IMG/VR virus record: IMGVR_UViG_3300032242_001752
Span: 1 to 64,000 of that record
Length of the DNA stretch: 64,000 bases
Reading direction: 5' to 3' (one strand)
Source: a virus
A program made the position numbers and the translations under genes. The stretch's first letter is position 1; every line of letters begins with the position of its first letter. Below are positions 47,396 through 55,908 of the stretch, piece by piece. A model generated the notes under the pieces. The model saw only the letters and a program-made list of their open reading frames with translations. It had not been told where the DNA came from and searched no databases.

Positions 47396-48342
47396 GACTA
47401 GAAGAAATGGAAAAAGTCCTAGAAAGGCTTAGCATTGAGCCAATAAATTCTAGAGGCTCAGAAATTCTTGCACTATGCCCAGGCCACAAAGAGCTAACAG
47501 GCAAGGAAGATAGAAACCCATCTTGGTGGATTAACTCAGAGACCGGTGCGCACATCTGTTTTTCTTGCGGGTTTAAAGGCAATATCTGGTCTTTGATTGC
47601 TACCGTACAAGGGTATAAAGACGCAAATGGTTTTCTAGATTATGCAGACGCTAAAGACTGGTTGTATTTATCATTTGACAATATACAGCTCGGTCCTGCA
47701 GAAGAAGACCAAGAGCAAGAGTCTATTTTTAAAGAAGTAACTAATATTACAGAATCAAGACTTGCTCTATTTACCTTGCCGCCTGCTCATGCTTTGGCTG
47801 CCAGGGGACTCACACTTCAAGCAGCTGAGCAATACCAGCTACTATGGGACACAGCTCATTCAAACTGGATTACGGTAATTAGAGATCCGTATTCAAATAA
47901 ATTATTAGGATGGCAGGAGAAAGGCTATTCCCGTCGTTATTTCAGGAATTACCCACAAGGCGTAGAAAAGTCTACGACCCTGTTCGGATATAAGCAATAC
48001 ACGGGAGGACGCATGATTGTGGTAGAATCTCCTTTAGACGTAGTTAGGCTAGCATCTGTGGGAATTCAAGGTGGCGTATCTACTTACGGGTCTATCATCT
48101 CTAATACTCAACTAGAGCTAATTAAAGATGCAGATGAAATCGTATTTGCTTTAGATAATGATGAGTCAGGAATGAACTCTACGAAAAAGATGCTCGAACA
48201 AAATTTCGAAGCATGGTACTTCAACTATTCGAACACAGATATGAAAGATATAGGCGCTATGAGCAAGGCTGAAATCCTTAATGGATTATCTACAGCTAAA
48301 CACTCTGTGCACGGATTAGGGGCACTTACATGGGATTTGTAG
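47392..48342 (+). CDS. DNA primase (Zn finger plus TOPRIM)
   Basis: CPGH...CFSC; VESPLD; LDNDESG. Confidence 0.9.
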   Translation: MRLEEMEKVLERLSIEPINSRGSEILALCPGHKELTGKEDRNPSWWINSETGAHICFSCGFKGNIWSLIATVQGYKDANGFLDYADAKDWLYLSFDNIQLGPAEEDQEQESIFKEVTNITESRLALFTLPPAHALAARGLTLQAAEQYQLLWDTAHSNWITVIRDPYSNKLLGWQEKGYSRRYFRNYPQGVEKSTTLFGYKQYTGGRMIVVESPLDVVRLASVGIQGGVSTYGSIISNTQLELIKDADEIVFALDNDESGMNSTKKMLEQNFEAWYFNYSNTDMKDIGAMSKAEILNGLSTAKHSVHGLGALTWDL

Positions 48343-49913
48343 GAACACTTCTTCCTTATCAGCCAGAGGCTGTAGATAAGATGACCGAACGCGGAAAAAT
48401 GCTTGTTGCATACGATTTAGGATTAGGTAAAACAGTTCTAACTATTGCCGCAGTAGAAAAACTTATGGATGACCAAAAGATTACTGAGCCAGGATTAATT
48501 ATCTGTTTATCCAGCCTGAAGTATCAATGGGAATCATCTATTACAAAATTTACTAACGGCTCAAAAGCTATTGTAATTGATGGCTCACCTGAGCAAAGAA
48601 AAAAGCAATATGAAAGAGCTATGCGCTGGCGACTATCTGGAATTGACTATATCATCATGAACTATGAGCAAGTAGTTAATGACTGGGCATATGTAAGTAA
48701 ATTGCCTAGAGGTTTTATTGTGTTGGACGAAGCCACTGCAATTAAATCTTTTAAATCAAAACGCGCTAAAGCAGTTAAGCGATTGGCTACTTGTGACTAT
48801 CGATTTGCGCTTACAGGAACCCCTATCGAAAACGGTAAACCAGAAGAACTATTCAGCATCATGCAGTTTGTAGATGACAGTGTTCTTGGTCGATTCGACA
48901 AGTTTGATATGACCTTTATCGTTCGTAATGGCTGGGGTGGAGTAGACCGCTATCGCAACTTACCTACCTTACATGAGAGGATGAAAGAAGCATCTGTTCG
49001 TAAAGCACAAAAAGACCCAGATGTAGCACCTTTCTTGCCCGCCACTATTCACAAAGACCCTGTATACGTAACTATGGACAGAAAGACATCTAAACTATAT
49101 AAACGTATTTCAGATGATTTACTTATGGACCTAGATAATGCTCAAACACTATTTGGTAGTTCATTTAATATAATGTCGCATTATGGGTTTGAAAAATCAT
49201 GGGGAGGCCCTGCAGACGAGCTCCGGGGACAAGTTATGTCTAAAATAGGCGCTCTAAAAATGCTGACATGCTCCCCAGATTTGCTAAAAACAAGTGCTAA
49301 AAAGTTCAGGGACGGCAATGGTGAAGGGTCTGCTTATGCGGATATTTTAGATCAAGAGGGTTTACTAGACAGTATGCCAAATACAAAACTAGATTCCTTT
49401 ATCGCCTATGCCAAAGATTTCCTAGAGCAAGATGAAAAAAATAAGCTAGTTGTATTTTGCTCTTATGTAGATATGGTTGATATAATTGCAGATAGGATTG
49501 GCCGAGACATTAGCGTTACTTATACCGGTCAACTAGATGCTAAGACTAAGGAGAATCATAAAAATGCGCTTAACAATGACCCTAATATTCGTGTGTTCAT
49601 TAGTTCTGATGCCGGCGGTTATGGCGTTGACCTTCCGGCTGCGAACATGCTCATTAACTATGATTTACCTTGGTCTTCTGGTCTGGCTACTCAGCGTAAC
49701 GGGCGCATTCGTAGAGCTTCTTCTGAGTGGAAAACCATAGTTATTCAAGACTTTTTAGTTTCTGGCTCAGTAGAAGTTAGGCAATACGCAGCTCTTCAAC
49801 AAAAAAATGCAGTAGCTTCGGCCGTTATTGATGGCGAAGGAATTAATGATAAAGGAGGGGTGGACTTTACCATCGGAACTCTTCGCGGGTTCTTATTGGA
49901 TACGTCTGTATAA
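48330..49913 (+). CDS. SNF2-family helicase
   Basis: GLGKT, LDEAT, LTGTPIEN, G.DL, Q.NGRI.R. Confidence 0.9.
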   Translation: MGFVGTLLPYQPEAVDKMTERGKMLVAYDLGLGKTVLTIAAVEKLMDDQKITEPGLIICLSSLKYQWESSITKFTNGSKAIVIDGSPEQRKKQYERAMRWRLSGIDYIIMNYEQVVNDWAYVSKLPRGFIVLDEATAIKSFKSKRAKAVKRLATCDYRFALTGTPIENGKPEELFSIMQFVDDSVLGRFDKFDMTFIVRNGWGGVDRYRNLPTLHERMKEASVRKAQKDPDVAPFLPATIHKDPVYVTMDRKTSKLYKRISDDLLMDLDNAQTLFGSSFNIMSHYGFEKSWGGPADELRGQVMSKIGALKMLTCSPDLLKTSAKKFRDGNGEGSAYADILDQEGLLDSMPNTKLDSFIAYAKDFLEQDEKNKLVVFCSYVDMVDIIADRIGRDISVTYTGQLDAKTKENHKNALNNDPNIRVFISSDAGGYGVDLPAANMLINYDLPWSSGLATQRNGRIRRASSEWKTIVIQDFLVSGSVEVRQYAALQQKNAVASAVIDGEGINDKGGVDFTIGTLRGFLLDTSV

Positions 49914-49914
49914 T

Positions 49915-50091
49915 ATGCCTAGTTATAGTTTTAAATGCCCAAACTGTGAAGCAACAGCTACGGTTACTCAAGATGTAAGCGATAATCCAAAAACTCCTGA
50001 GTGTCTTAGCTGTGAAACAGATATGATTAGAGTATACGGAGGCCTTTCTGTACAATTCAGAGGCGGCGGATGGGGAAGTAGTCGCGGATGA
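49915..50091 (+). CDS. FmdB-family zinc-ribbon protein
   Basis: MPSYSFKCPNC...CLSC...FRGGGW. Confidence 0.8.
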   Translation: MPSYSFKCPNCEATATVTQDVSDNPKTPECLSCETDMIRVYGGLSVQFRGGGWGSSRG

Positions 50092-50324
50092 CATTTGAAG
50101 AATGGTTGCAGTACGGCCTTACACAGGGTTGGTGTGGCCCATCTATTTGCGAAATACATGATGGCTTACCGATGAGTGTTGAGGAAGAAATAGCTTATGA
50201 AAATGGAGAAGACCCGTGCATCCATATCATAAGACTTTACGAAACTCAGCTAGACAAAGCTGAGGTGGAAAAAAATCACGCCCCAAGCATCTGGAGAGCA
50301 ACAAACTCTGGATATGAGCTATAA
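50088..50324 (+). CDS. hypothetical protein
   Basis: GWC..IC..HDG.P...DPCIH. Confidence 0.75.
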   Translation: MTFEEWLQYGLTQGWCGPSICEIHDGLPMSVEEEIAYENGEDPCIHIIRLYETQLDKAEVEKNHAPSIWRATNSGYEL

Positions 50325-50333
50325 GGAGATAAA

Positions 50334-50465
50334 ATGGCAAAAGGAAAGCCAGCACCAGCAGCGCCTGTTAAATCAGGCAGCGGTCGTAACAACGGTAAAG
50401 CGTTTAAAAAGCGTCCTAAAGTTTGGGATGCAATTAAGCGTAAGTTAGTCACTAAAAAAGACTAA
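50334..50465 (+). CDS. 43-aa basic protein (not in track)
   Basis: AAGGAG RBS; MAKGKPAPAAP... Confidence 0.7.
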   Translation: MAKGKPAPAAPVKSGSGRNNGKAFKKRPKVWDAIKRKLVTKKD

Positions 50466-50506
50466 AATAAAATCCCCCTGCCAAATAAGCAGGGGGATTT
50501 TTATTT
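50466..50506. terminator. bidirectional terminator between convergent units
   Basis: AAAAATCCCCCTGC/GCAGGGGGATTTTT. Confidence 0.85.
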
Positions 50507-50511
50507 ACAGA

Positions 50512-50904
50512 CTAGGCTGTTGGTGGAGTTTCTTCTGCAGGTTCTTCTGCAGGAGCATCTACATGGTCTTCTAGTTCAGACAAGTCACCAAAGTCAGATA
50601 GCTGAGGTGTTTCAGCTGCTGATTCTTCAAGCGCCTTTTTGATTTCAGGGTCATTAGCCGACTGCTTTGCGACAGCCGCACGGAATCCTTTTTCAATGTC
50701 TTCGTCAGAGATGCTAGCATCCCAAGCAAGTTGAACACCAAAATAAATGATGATAGAAGCAAATACGGTCATAACACCGTTTATAGCTCCTAGAAGTGGG
50801 CCAATACCGCTAGCGGAACCTGTGGCCATACCCGGAATAGCTGCAAAGAAAATTACACCTACTGAACGGACAATTAAATTCTTTAATTTATTTAGCAATT
50901 GCAA
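50512..50904 (-). CDS. putative holin
   Basis: two hydrophobic segments, acidic tail, overlaps endolysin stop. Confidence 0.6.
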   Translation of the reverse strand: MQLLNKLKNLIVRSVGVIFFAAIPGMATGSASGIGPLLGAINGVMTVFASIIIYFGVQLAWDASISDEDIEKGFRAAVAKQSANDPEIKKALEESAAETPQLSDFGDLSELEDHVDAPAEEPAEETPPTA

Positions 50905-51439
50905 TCTCCTGTTTACAAGTTGGGCAAACCTTTACGTCTGCGTGAACGGGTGCAGCGACTGGTGCAGCGGGAGCAGCAGGTGCAACAGCTGGCTTTGCAG
51001 CCTTCTGTTTTGCAATCTGGCCTTTAATGTAATCGTGAGCGTTAAATACTTTACCGCCAAACACGCCTTCTACAGTTGTGCTTAGAGTAAAGTGAAGGTG
51101 GCAACCAAAGCTCGCTGAGCCTGTGTTACCTGCTTTACCAACTACGTCTCCTGACTTCACGACTGTTCCAACCGGTAGCGGCGATGGTTCATTCATGTGG
51201 CAGTAACCAAAGTAGTGATTATTGTCGGTTTTTAGTACAACAACGTTACCAAGAACGGTGCTTTGTGCTAGAGGTCTGTTAAGTACGATTGTTCCATCGT
51301 TTACAGCGAGCAAAGGCTCGCCAACTGCAAAACCGTTATAGTCGGTTCCACGGTGACCAGGAGCTTTGTGCCACTGGTCTACTGCGCCAAATAGTGATCC
51401 GAGTTTGACCTTCTTTACTGGGAAAATCCAGTTACCCAT
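50888..51439 (-). CDS. endolysin, M23 peptidase
   Basis: HRGTD, YCH, HLH; RBS GAAAGGA before ATG 51439. Confidence 0.85.
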   Translation of the reverse strand: MGNWIFPVKKVKLGSLFGAVDQWHKAPGHRGTDYNGFAVGEPLLAVNDGTIVLNRPLAQSTVLGNVVVLKTDNNHYFGYCHMNEPSPLPVGTVVKSGDVVGKAGNTGSASFGCHLHFTLSTTVEGVFGGKVFNAHDYIKGQIAKQKAAKPAVAPAAPAAPVAAPVHADVKVCPTCKQEIAIAK

Positions 51440-51487
51440 AGTGGGATTCCTTTCGAAGGGTTGGAGGGACACTTCTATTGTCGCTTA

Positions 51488-51649
51488 TTAATCCCTATTT
51501 CGCAGTGGATACGTGGCTATCCAGATGACTAGCGAGCCGATAATACACCAGCCAACTACGACTTTAGCAGACCCTTCTAGGACTACCCAGGCCACAAACA
51601 TGCCCAAAAGCGTCCATAATTGGCCTAGGAGGTCATTTAAGAACTTCAT
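51488..51649 (-). CDS. 53-aa two-TM membrane protein (not in track)
   Basis: QLWTLLGMFVAWVVLEGSAKVVVGWCI; start overlaps the upstream stop. Confidence 0.7.
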   Translation of the reverse strand: MKFLNDLLGQLWTLLGMFVAWVVLEGSAKVVVGWCIIGSLVIWIATYPLRNRD

Positions 51650-51945
51650 TTAACTTTCCTTCGATTAGAACCAGATGAGCCGGAAGACGCGCCTCCAGCG
51701 GCATTAGCTGCGGCACTAGCAGCGCTTTGAGCTGCCATTAGCCCGGCTTGGGTTGCTACTTGCGTAACGATAATTGCCGAAATAACCACCTTCTGTGCCT
51801 TTTTACGGACAGCAGGTGGCAAATCAGCACCGATGTTGTTCAAAGCATTGGCAACATCAGTAAACCCTTGAAATACTGCCCCCAGTACCGGAACTGCTGC
51901 AATAGGGTTATTATTGCTATAGTCCTTTGGGGGTATTATTTTAAA
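51646..51945 (-). CDS. -1 frame C-terminal extension (hydrophobic anchor) of the PA14 protein
   Basis: frame open 51963-51646; slippery T TTA AAA plus 3' stem-loop. Confidence 0.65.
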   Translation of the reverse strand, partial: FKIIPPKDYSNNNPIAAVPVLGAVFQGFTDVANALNNIGADLPPAVRKKAQKVVISAIIVTQVATQAGLMAAQSAASAAANAAGGASSGSSGSNRRKVK

Positions 51946-53399
51946 ACTAAAACAAACTGCTGTCTAGAAAGGTACGCACCGTCAGCGTAATATTTAGGAT
52001 TACTTTTCTTTGGCCGTCTTTTGTCAGCGGCAGTTGGTTTAGGAATATTTGCTAAGTCAATCTTGGCCTGAGCAAGTTGCGCCTCTAAACTGTCTACCTT
52101 TTGAGCGGCATTGTCAATTCCAGAGAAAGTAACGCTGTATTGATTCTTTAAGTCCCTTAAATTAGCATCGGCTACTGCTTTAGTATCACTACTAGTTTGC
52201 CAAGTATTTTCCGCAGATTGTACGTCTGAATTCTTTTGGTTTAAAACAGCCCGTTTTCCGGATAACGTGGCACCGGCATATCCATAAGCAGTTACCTTAC
52301 CGTCATAGGCATCGCAAGCATTTTGGTAAACAACATTTGCCTGCTCTTCAGCAGCCACTGCTTGAACATAATCGTTTGTCTTTTGGTCCAAGATAGTCTT
52401 TAGGGCTGGGTCTTTAACCATAGTTACTACTGCATCTTGGGTAAAGAAGGATGCTGGAGCTACTGCATAAGCGCTACCATTTAAAGGCTTGTAGTTCAAG
52501 GTAGAACAAGCACCACCAGTCCACTCGTAGAACCAAGCATCTACAGCGTAAGATTTACCACCAGTAAAGCTAAACAGGCCAGTTGAGTTTGCTCCACAGC
52601 CTTTTAGTGACCAGTCATTGATTACCTGAGTACCGTTGATAGACATGTAGAAACCGTCATCAGCAGGGGCCTGGAAGTAAACTTTAGTGGTAGTTGGATA
52701 TGTAATGTAACCACGGTAGTGAAGCATAATGTAATCAGAGCCACAGCCAAGAATATCTCCATTACCCCAGTTAGCGTTAATCTGCGTAACTGTAGTTGTC
52801 TTACACTTTGTGTAGGCAGTATCTGACTTCTGTGGGGGATTACCGTTACGGCTAATTCCTGTATAGACATCTACTTTCAAACCAGGTGTACTACCAGAAC
52901 CGCCAGCGTTAATCAACTTAGTGTCGTAATCATTTTGTGCTTGGTTCATGGCTGCCTGAGCATTATCGCTATTTTGCTGGGCGGTTACATAATTTGCGTA
53001 TGTGCTATCTACAAGGTCACTAGCTGCATTGACTGCATCTACGGCTTTAGAAACAGCCGCTTCCGCAGCTTGCTCATCAGCAAATGCTGCATCGTAGCTT
53101 GCTCTTTTATCTGTGTAGTCAGCTTGAGCAGCGTCTAGGGCATCTTGCGCCTGAGTAACAGCTGTTTGGGCATCATTAATTTGATTTGCCTGGTCATTAG
53201 AAGAGTTAGTCCAGCTGTCTAATTCAGCTTGGGCGCTATTTAGCTGAGATTGTAAATCAGCAATTTTAGCTTGGGCAGCTGCAACTTGATTATTGTAATC
53301 AGTGGTGCTGTCAGCAGAGGCAGGGCTTGATAAAAAGAATACGAACAGTAGTGCGAGAGGGGTTACGAATAGTGCTGCGAACTTACGCAGTCTAGACAC
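51936..53399 (-). CDS. exported coiled-coil protein with PA14 domain
   Basis: signal peptide ending SPASA; ADDGF, WFYEWTGGA PA14 motifs; GTG start after AAGGA. Confidence 0.85.
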   Translation of the reverse strand: MSRLRKFAALFVTPLALLFVFFLSSPASADSTTDYNNQVAAAQAKIADLQSQLNSAQAELDSWTNSSNDQANQINDAQTAVTQAQDALDAAQADYTDKRASYDAAFADEQAAEAAVSKAVDAVNAASDLVDSTYANYVTAQQNSDNAQAAMNQAQNDYDTKLINAGGSGSTPGLKVDVYTGISRNGNPPQKSDTAYTKCKTTTVTQINANWGNGDILGCGSDYIMLHYRGYITYPTTTKVYFQAPADDGFYMSINGTQVINDWSLKGCGANSTGLFSFTGGKSYAVDAWFYEWTGGACSTLNYKPLNGSAYAVAPASFFTQDAVVTMVKDPALKTILDQKTNDYVQAVAAEEQANVVYQNACDAYDGKVTAYGYAGATLSGKRAVLNQKNSDVQSAENTWQTSSDTKAVADANLRDLKNQYSVTFSGIDNAAQKVDSLEAQLAQAKIDLANIPKPTAADKRRPKKSNPKYYADGAYLSRQQFVLVLK

Positions 53400-53576
53400 T
53401 TGGTTCCTTTTCAAAAATAGGGGATAATTTATTGTCCCTCATAAGGGTGTATTTTTTCTGCTTAAACTTGACAAAGCCCCTAAAACCTGTGCTATGGTTT
53501 TACCCATAACTGAATATAGTGTCACTTCGACAATAAACGACCCCAGCACTAAAGCAATGAAAGGTAAGGTCGCCAA

Positions 53577-54101
53577 ATGAAAAAGTACGTAATAATCGCC
53601 AGCGTAATGTTAACTCTCGCTGGTTGTTCTGCTTCTGCAGCAACTGCTGTAGTTACAGATTTACAAAAAACAAATACACAGGTTTCACATGTGTCTTTTA
53701 ACCAAGCTTTAACATCTAAAGCTAATGGTAAAAAAATGATTCGCACTGTGAACTACCTAATATCACGCGTAGGAAGAACCTCTTACGTATTCTCAGGAGA
53801 AACCCCATATGGTTGGGATTGCTCCGGTATGGTCCGTTGGACATACAAACAATTTGGTATCACGCTCCCTCACTCTGCTAATAAACAGGGTCATTTGGGA
53901 GCCCGTGTAAACAAACCTAAAATAGGCGACATAGTTGTTTTTGCCTATAAGGGACGCACGGATTTCTACCACGCCGCCATCTACATTGGTAAAGGCAAAG
54001 TAATCAACGCTAACTACGGCTCAGGCACCACTATAATCGAGCCATTATCGGACTACAAAGGTAGCGAAATTCGGTTTATCCGAGTGTTACCTACGATATA
54101 A
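53577..54101 (+). CDS. NlpC/P60 peptidoglycan hydrolase, lipoprotein
   Basis: lipobox LAGC; WDCSG, GDIV.F, HAAIY. Confidence 0.9.
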   Translation: MKKYVIIASVMLTLAGCSASAATAVVTDLQKTNTQVSHVSFNQALTSKANGKKMIRTVNYLISRVGRTSYVFSGETPYGWDCSGMVRWTYKQFGITLPHSANKQGHLGARVNKPKIGDIVVFAYKGRTDFYHAAIYIGKGKVINANYGSGTTIIEPLSDYKGSEIRFIRVLPTI

Positions 54102-54111
54102 TGTAACGGTC

Positions 54112-54184
54112 GCCTCAATAGCTCAGTTGGTAGAGCGCAATACTTGTAATATTGATGTCGCGGGTTCGATTCCTGCTTGAGGCT
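54112..54184 (+). tRNA. tRNA-Thr(TGT)
   Basis: cloverleaf GCCTCAA/TTGAGGC, anticodon loop CTTGTAA, TTCGATT T-loop; TATAAT upstream. Confidence 0.93.
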
Positions 54185-54290
54185 CTTTTATGGTAAAATC
54201 TTCTTAGACACGCCAATCGGGTGTCATAAATAATACTGTGCTACGGGCAGTAAAAGTACCAAGGCACAGTTGTCGTCTAAAGGAGACAAC

Positions 54291-54845
54291 ATGAACATAT
54301 TAAGTGATGAGTTCCCAGACCCATGGGATAAGCACAGAAATCCATATGACCCATATGGTAAAGCAATTCCAAATCCGCATGACCCTGCGGATGTTTATAA
54401 AAAGTGGCAAAAACCTGCCGCCCCTAAAGTCATTACTATTAATGACTTGTTTCCCAGCTTAGACCGCTGGGCTATTGGCTATTCGTCAATCCTAGAACAA
54501 CTTAAGGAAATGTCTGCTGTAAAGGCGAGCTACCCTCCTTATGACATTATTGACCAAAACCCATTTTCCACCCTTATCAACGTCGCTGTGGCTGGTTTCA
54601 CTAAAAAGGACCTTACAATCACAGTCGAAGAAAGGACGTTGAAAATTGAAGGAACAAAAGAAGAAAAAGAATCAGAAGGAACGCTCGTTCACAACGGCAT
54701 TGCTGGACGCGATTTTAAACTCACCTTTGCCTTGGCTGAGTTTTATGAAGTAGAGTCAGCTGCTGTTAAAGACGGTATCCTAACGGTCAAGCTCATTAAA
54801 AATATTCCTGATGAAAAAAAGCCAAAGGTTATTGACATCAAGTAA
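54291..54845 (+). CDS. Hsp20 small heat-shock protein
   Basis: YPPYDI, AVAGF, GIAGRDF, DGIL.V; AAGGAG RBS. Confidence 0.92.
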   Translation: MNILSDEFPDPWDKHRNPYDPYGKAIPNPHDPADVYKKWQKPAAPKVITINDLFPSLDRWAIGYSSILEQLKEMSAVKASYPPYDIIDQNPFSTLINVAVAGFTKKDLTITVEERTLKIEGTKEEKESEGTLVHNGIAGRDFKLTFALAEFYEVESAAVKDGILTVKLIKNIPDEKKPKVIDIK

Positions 54846-54868
54846 TTTTGATGTAAACTAAAAGTCCT

Positions 54869-54897
54869 CCCGGCAAGCTTTCGACGTGTTTGCCGGG
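54869..54897 (+). terminator. hairpin after hsp20
   Basis: CCCGGCAAGC/GTTTGCCGGG; no U-tract. Confidence 0.45.
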
Positions 54898-54905
54898 GGG
54901 AGCTA

Positions 54906-54985
54906 GGGCCTGAAATGGTGTCGATTGCAGAACAAAGCCTCCAGTAGGAATCTGTAAGACCACAGTTCAATTCTGTGCAGGTCCA
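54906..54985 (+). ncRNA. minimal tmRNA-like RNA (tRNA-like domain only)
   Basis: acceptor GGGCCTG/CAGGTCC-A with G3.U70; stemless D-loop AAATGGTGTCGA; helix TTGCAGA/TCTGTAA; GAC plus T-arm CACAG-TTCAATT-CTGTG. Confidence 0.8.
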
Positions 54986-55006
54986 CGATGCACGCATGTC
55001 CAGCGG

Positions 55007-55156
55007 CATTGGGGTCACGTACCTCACCTTAGTCGCGAGGCTAGGCGTTTAAGGCTCTTTACTGCTGAGTCCACAAAACCAACCAGCAGAGCGAAAGCTT
55101 GAGACGACTCGCAAGAGTGGGAACGCCCGAAAGGGTCAGTACTAGGTTTTCCAATG
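55007..55156 (+). ncRNA. unassigned structured RNA with four GNRA tetraloops
   Basis: GCGA, GAAA, GCAA, GAAA capped hairpins; closing CATTGG/CCAATG. Confidence 0.6.
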
Positions 55157-55226
55157 ACCATTAGCTCAATGGCAGAGCAGAGAGCTGTTAACTCTAAGGT
55201 TCCTGGTTCGAGTCCAGGATGGTCAG
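55155..55226 (+). tRNA. tRNA-Asn(GTT)
   Basis: TGACCAT/ATGGTCA acceptor, anticodon loop CTGTTAA, TTCGAGT T-loop. Confidence 0.93.
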
Positions 55227-55246
55227 CTTTATGGTAAAATATAGGT

Positions 55247-55411
55247 ATGCCAAACGCACCTAAGACCCCGACGCGCACCGTAAGAGTGCCTGATGATCTG
55301 TGGCTTGCCGCTCAAAAAGAAGCCGCCAAGCAGGGAATCACCGTAACCAGCGTCCTTCTAGAAGCTCTAGAAAAATTTATTTCTGAGGGACTTGACAAAG
55401 TCTCAGAGTAA
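55247..55411 (+). CDS. ribbon-helix-helix DNA-binding protein, leaderless (not in track)
   Basis: TPTRTVRVPDDLW..A...A...G.TVTSVL..AL; TAAAAT 6 nt before ATG. Confidence 0.8.
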   Translation: MPNAPKTPTRTVRVPDDLWLAAQKEAAKQGITVTSVLLEALEKFISEGLDKVSE

Positions 55412-55421
55412 GTGTTAGCGT
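55392..55421 (+). promoter_or_regulatory. sigmaA-type promoter
   Basis: TTGACA-N18-TAGCGT. Confidence 0.6.
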
Positions 55422-55473
55422 TGTACCGCTAAGACATAGCATCCCCTACGGGGGTTAGACTACAGAGGTACAA

Positions 55474-55908
55474 ATGCCAATTAATCAAGAAACACCAAGC
55501 CCGGATATTGAACGTGTCCGCAAAGAAGTTCAGCAATACGTCTTTCTAAAAGACGAAGTATCTGGAATTGAAACTAGAGTAGGCGAGCTAAGAAAGCGTA
55601 TTCTATCCCTAGTTGAAGAACTGGGCGAAACTAACGACAAGGGAAGCATTGTACTTCCTATTTCCGATTCTGTCAGCAACACAGCTAGCGTGGTAAAGCA
55701 GCGCCGTGTGTCTAAAGTATTCGACGAAGACAAAGCCCACAACCTATTAGCAGAAAAAGGTTTAACTGAGTTTTGCACAAAAACCATTGTGGTACTTGAC
55801 CAAGATGCTGTCATGGCTGCATACTATGATGGTAAGTTAACCGATGCAGACATCGAAACAATGTTCCCTGAGAAAGTTTCATGGGCACTAATTTTGGAGA
55901 AGAACTAA
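55474..55908 (+). CDS. hypothetical protein
   Basis: GAGG RBS; N-terminal coiled coil. Confidence 0.8.
   Translation: MPINQETPSPDIERVRKEVQQYVFLKDEVSGIETRVGELRKRILSLVEELGETNDKGSIVLPISDSVSNTASVVKQRRVSKVFDEDKAHNLLAEKGLTEFCTKTIVVLDQDAVMAAYYDGKLTDADIETMFPEKVSWALILEKN

Noticed and set aside
50334-50465. Ribosomal protein (bL37-like) assignment for the small basic ORF
   Set aside because: Only compositional similarity; no matching motif.
53510-53576. c-di-AMP (ydaO) riboswitch before NlpC/P60
   Set aside because: Only a CTGAAT fragment is present; the leader is too short and lacks the other conserved elements.
54906-54985. Ordinary tRNA-Ala or circularly permuted two-piece tmRNA
   Set aside because: No D-stem or 7-nt anticodon loop; the 5' and 3' acceptor strands are in normal, unpermuted order.
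55007-55156. Group I intron or RNase P RNA
   Set aside because: The conserved cores (P7 elements in order; GAGGAAAGUCC) were not found and no gene is interrupted.
55024-55278. Minus-strand ORFs across the RNA cluster (also 54743-55027)
   Set aside because: They are antisense to the tRNA and structured RNA genes.
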